A DNA stretch of 63,872 bases, counting the filler, from Rhabdomonas costata (taxonomy: Eukaryota): NCBI GenBank assembly GCA_019059605.1. It is 18 parts of 18 records of this genome, joined end to end, with 100 filler letters (N's around TTAATTAATTAA, not from the genome) between each part and the next. Parts side by side here need not be neighbours in the genome. Positions count along the whole stretch, not along the records: positions 60,123 to 63,872 come from JAHMHO010000856.1; 17 more parts are not named here. One strand, given 5' to 3'. Within the stretch, counting starts at the first letter, position 1; each line of letters opens with the position of its first letter. Of the stretch, positions 60,223 to 63,872 are shown in pieces. The notes below the pieces were generated by a model. It saw only the letters and a program-made list of their open reading frames with translations. It was not told the origin of the DNA and ran no database searches. The translations under genes and the position numbers were made by a program.

Positions 60223-62884
60223 CTGTAAGCACCACCACATCGGGATCGTCCTGCAAGCACTTATCCAGGTGGGACTTCGTGCCTGTGAGACAGAAAGCCG
60301 ATGTCCCCAAAGGTCCCGAAAAGGACCCGAGTGAGAGTATGTGCATGTGCATCGAGCGCGTTGAGCATATAGCGCTCGGTACAATAGTATTCGGGGAGAT
60401 GGGGCGTTAAAAGTTTAGCACTGCTAACGTGTTTGGCTTTTGCCGATTTTTTTATTGTTGTTGCTGGGCTTTGGCAAAAAAAAATGGGACAGGATTATTT
60501 TAGGGGCGGTGGCCAGTCCACGGCGCGGCCGGAGCGAGCTGGGGTTGGGACGTTCCAGGGAATTTGAAGATGCTCCGTGGAGCACTGCTAAAGGTATAGC
60601 GGTGCCAAACCACTGAATCGGACACTTTTGGGGGAATGTTAATTTTGGGCACGTTGGGGTTAAGTAAACTTCAACCTTGAATGCCTTAATTTTAGCACAA
60701 TGAGGTTAGGAAAACTATTTTCTGCCCCCTAGACAGAGGGTAAGGAAATTCACGACCATTAGCAGTACTATACGTAAAAAAAAAAACGTTGTCAAACGGC
60801 AAGGTCCGACGGAGCTGCAACTTTCTGGGCTCGATCTAGTTCTGGCCTTGACGGCCTGGAGCTTGCCCATCTCTCGGCCGCTTCTTCTGTTTGGGAACCT
60901 CAGCAAAACAGATACACGCACGTACACACTCATAATCACCACCGCGAACTCACTGAGAAACACAAAAACGCACCCACGAGGTCGTCCTGCTCGTACTTAA
61001 TCGCCGCCAGCAGCTTGTTCACGCGCTGGTGGTGCTGCTCCCCAACGACGGAGCTCAACACCTGAGGCGCATACAAAGACATACACAAACGTACACAAAC
61101 GTGAACCGCAAAATCAAAAAAGCGATGGAAAAAGATGAAGAGAGATTATGCACAAACGTAAAAGGGAAGAGTGAGAGAGGGACATGTACACAAACGTGGA
61201 CCGCCGGAACCGAGAAGAGTAGAAGGGATGGACAAGAAGAGAAGGAAATCAGATGTTGCTAACCTTGCCAGGAGTCATTTCGCTGAGCAGCGGCGCTGCA
61301 GATCGCGTAGAATTCTGTTATTGTTGGGCTACAACCAAATCGCAAACTGCTACCGCAGGGGTCGGGACAGATGGGCGGACATTCTACCACACCATCGCCG
61401 GAAGAAATGCGGCGTGGTAGCCGTTATTCTCGCCACTGGCTACCTCAGAATTATTTGGGAGACCAAGCAACAATGGCTGCGAGGAGACACTGACAGGGGG
61501 GCGGAGAGGAACCTTCACAGCCTCGGGGTAGGACCCGCTCTTGTACAGCGACTGCCCGTAGTAGATCCGGTACTCCTCCACATCGGGACACACCTGAGCC
61601 AGGGGAGCAAATGGGTTTCTGCTGGCCTTCAAAGCCCTTGAAAACAAACAGGATTGCCGTTTGAGATTGTCATGAGCCGTATGTTTTATTGCTCTTCAGA
61701 ATTCAAACTAATACGATAAAGAAAGCGTCTCGAACATTCAAGCGGACAAACTTCAGACATGCAGTGAGGTATCAACAACTGATTTCGTAGCAAAAGCACT
61801 ACTCCGCAGCCGAAGCCCAAGACGTATTAATATGGCCATCTCCGGACTAGACGTCACCGTAATCTTCCCCAGACTCCGGAATCAGAGTGACTTAGTCGTA
61901 AGCTTTACAAAGGCCTTGACGACTGGGCTTAAAGTTTGGGGTTTTGGAGATCACGGGTTCAGAACGCCTCCAAAGCAACTGAAGTAAAAATTATGAGCGA
62001 CCCCTGAACAACCCACGCGATTTTTTTTTGGAACCCCAGACTGCAGTCTGCGGAAGAACCTTGCCCGAAAATTTGCCACTCATCTTTTGGCAAAGCGCAG
62101 AGAGAGCCCAAGCTACAATACAGCCGTACTGCATCTGTCACAGAAAAAAAATGACCCCTGCAGGACCCACGACATTTTTGAGCGACCTTACTCTGAGCTC
62201 TGGGGGGGAGGGGTGCGAGTGAGCAGTGCCTTGGTTAGCCGCTCGTACATGATCACGGAGTTGGCGAAATCCCCCATCATGTAGTAGCTGTACCCCAGCA
62301 GGCTCAGCGCGGCCCGACTGCGCGGGAAGTTCTCCAGCTCGTGGCACAGGATCCGCACAACCTGTCGCCCCCACCACAACGTCACTGTGCACAGCATTGG
62401 GGGGCCGCTCAACCCTCACCACCCACCAGTAACTGTTTCTGCCATTTTCCACAGTGGTACGCGCGCGTGGGAGGGGCACCCCACAAATTCTGGACATGGG
62501 ATGAAGGCAGTATACTGTAACAGTGATCGACACATTTGCTATGCTCCCTTCTACGAGGCTCCAACACCACCACAATTTCTGGGACACGTCTGTTTGCTTC
62601 TGCTTTGCTGCAGACGAGAATCCCAGCGTCCCTCCTCCGAGGCTCCAACACCTTGACATTCCGAGACCACCAGACCAAAACGACAAAACAGGTACACGAT
62701 AAAAAAGCTGTCCAGAACGGTAGTGGTGGGTCAGGAAAACGGCTGGAGGGGTCACCTCGTTGAAGTGCCCTTCACGGATGAAGGAGTAGATGGTCTGGGT
62801 GTACGTCCCTCCGGCAACCACGGGAGGCCGGCCCCCGTAGGTCGCCCCGGCGCCCATCATAGTCATCGGGCGGATGGTGTTCAT
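60223..62884 (-). CDS. IFT70: Intraflagellar transport protein IFT70/TTC30 (fleer/DYF-1), 5' exons 62884-62756, 62361-62230, 61593-61513, 61061-60974, 60282-60223
   Basis: YTQTIYSFIREG, SRAALSLLGYSYY, PDVEEYRIYYGQSLYKSG, LLAAIKYEQDDL and HLDKCLQDDPD are TTC30 N-terminal TPR motifs. Intron 2 is GC-AG (AAG|GCACTG). Confidence 0.93.
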
Positions 62885-63331
62885 CGCTGCGGCCCAGCGT
62901 GCACTCTAACTCTCCGAGCAAAAGGGAGGAAGGGGAAGAAGAGGAAGAGGTTGGAAGGGGGGCAGCAAACGCAAATGGAAACCGAACGAGCTCACACAGA
63001 AAAGTATACTGGTGGACGAGGGGAAGAAGAGGCCAACATGGGTGAGGTTGCGGTGAACATTTTTTTTTGGCAAAAAGTCGGCTTTGAATTCGCACGCTTT
63101 TTTGCGCTGGAACGAAGACCTTTGTGTGTGTGTGCTTTACTAACAACCTTAACGATAACTCAAACTTTGCGAGCTCTAAAATTCGCCAGTACCCTGACCC
63201 TACCTCTTCATCTTGTAGTGTATTGGATGGATAGCGCTGGCTGTCGCTTAACTGTTGTGGCTACACAAGTTTTGCCCAGCGGTCGCTACGCAACCGGGTT
63301 TCCAATTGCAACTTTTGCAGGTGTCGTCCTG

Positions 63332-63333
<2 letters not shown>

Positions 63334-63380
<47 letters not shown>
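63334..63380 (+). repeat. (GT)n microsatellite
   Basis: About 23 GT units. Confidence 0.95.
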
Positions 63381-63381
<1 letters not shown>

Positions 63382-63872
63382 ACACGTGCCCGTCAGTAGT
63401 GTGCGAGTCACCAATGATCTCGGCTCGCGAGCAGCCCAACACATCCTGGCCACTCGTCACAGATGCAATCGAATTAACGGGAACCGTTCATCGAATAAAA
63501 CCATCGCTTTTGCTTTATAAGGGCACAACTGGTAACCCACGCTCCCCAAAGCCCTAACCTTGATCGTTCAAATGGGAGGAAGGCTCAAGTTTCCACCGTG
63601 GGTGGACATCGAAGTGAACCCGGAGCACGGGACTTTTTTCCTTTTTCCCCAAAAGCCCAAGCGATGCAAATGCCATTTGCCCGCCACAGCAGACAAAGTG
63701 GCACGCCACAAGGCAGAAGACGTGCAGGGACGAGACACTGACACAAAAAACATACAGCCACGTAGACAGAGATAGACACAGAGGAATACCTGAAACATCT
63801 CCTATGGGTGGTCAGCACGTCTTGGAGAGAGAAAGGGAGGCATCCCGTGCCGTCAAACAGCCAAGCACAACG

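Noticed and set aside
8399-62884. Alternative genetic code or stop-codon reassignment
   Set aside because: Reconstructed conserved exons contain no in-frame stops. Trp is TGG, and TGA and TAG terminate Trm7, the calpain and O-FucT at expected positions.
1-63872. tRNA, rRNA, SL-RNA genes or prokaryotic systems (CRISPR, operons)
   Set aside because: None recognised by eye. A tRNAscan or Infernal search would be needed to exclude small RNAs.

Overview
This window is not one locus. It holds 18 unrelated contigs (about 3.4 kb each, the last 3.75 kb) joined by artificial 100-nt N/TTAATTAATTAA/N spacers. Many contigs start with G/T-only strings and end with A/C-only strings, suggesting a whole-genome-amplified, possibly single-cell, assembly. 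The DNA is the intron-rich nuclear genome of a flagellated eukaryote. A euglenozoan, probably a euglenid, is inferred from relaxed GT(G/T)NG and GC splice donors and one candidate non-AG, stem-loop-bounded intron. Genes rebuilt by hand from exons: IFT70/TTC30, an AIR9-like LRR protein with a CBM48 domain inserted in an A9 domain, Trm7/FTSJ1, a calpain, mitoribosomal mL54, a bacterial-type UDP-galactopyranose mutase with a signal anchor, GT15-like and O-fucosyltransferase-like enzymes, a glutaredoxin domain, a TSP1 + Cys-module protein, a >1130-aa intronless tandem beta-repeat protein, a StyC-like membrane protein and a Merlin/IS1595-like transposase fragment. The strongest leads are the putative nonconventional intron in a bacterial-like membrane protein gene, the 8-repeat surface protein, the membrane-anchored bacterial-type UGM, and a cluster of GNA-triloop/sheared-GA DNA hairpins beside a dispersed repeat. 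All family assignments come from motif recognition, not database searches.
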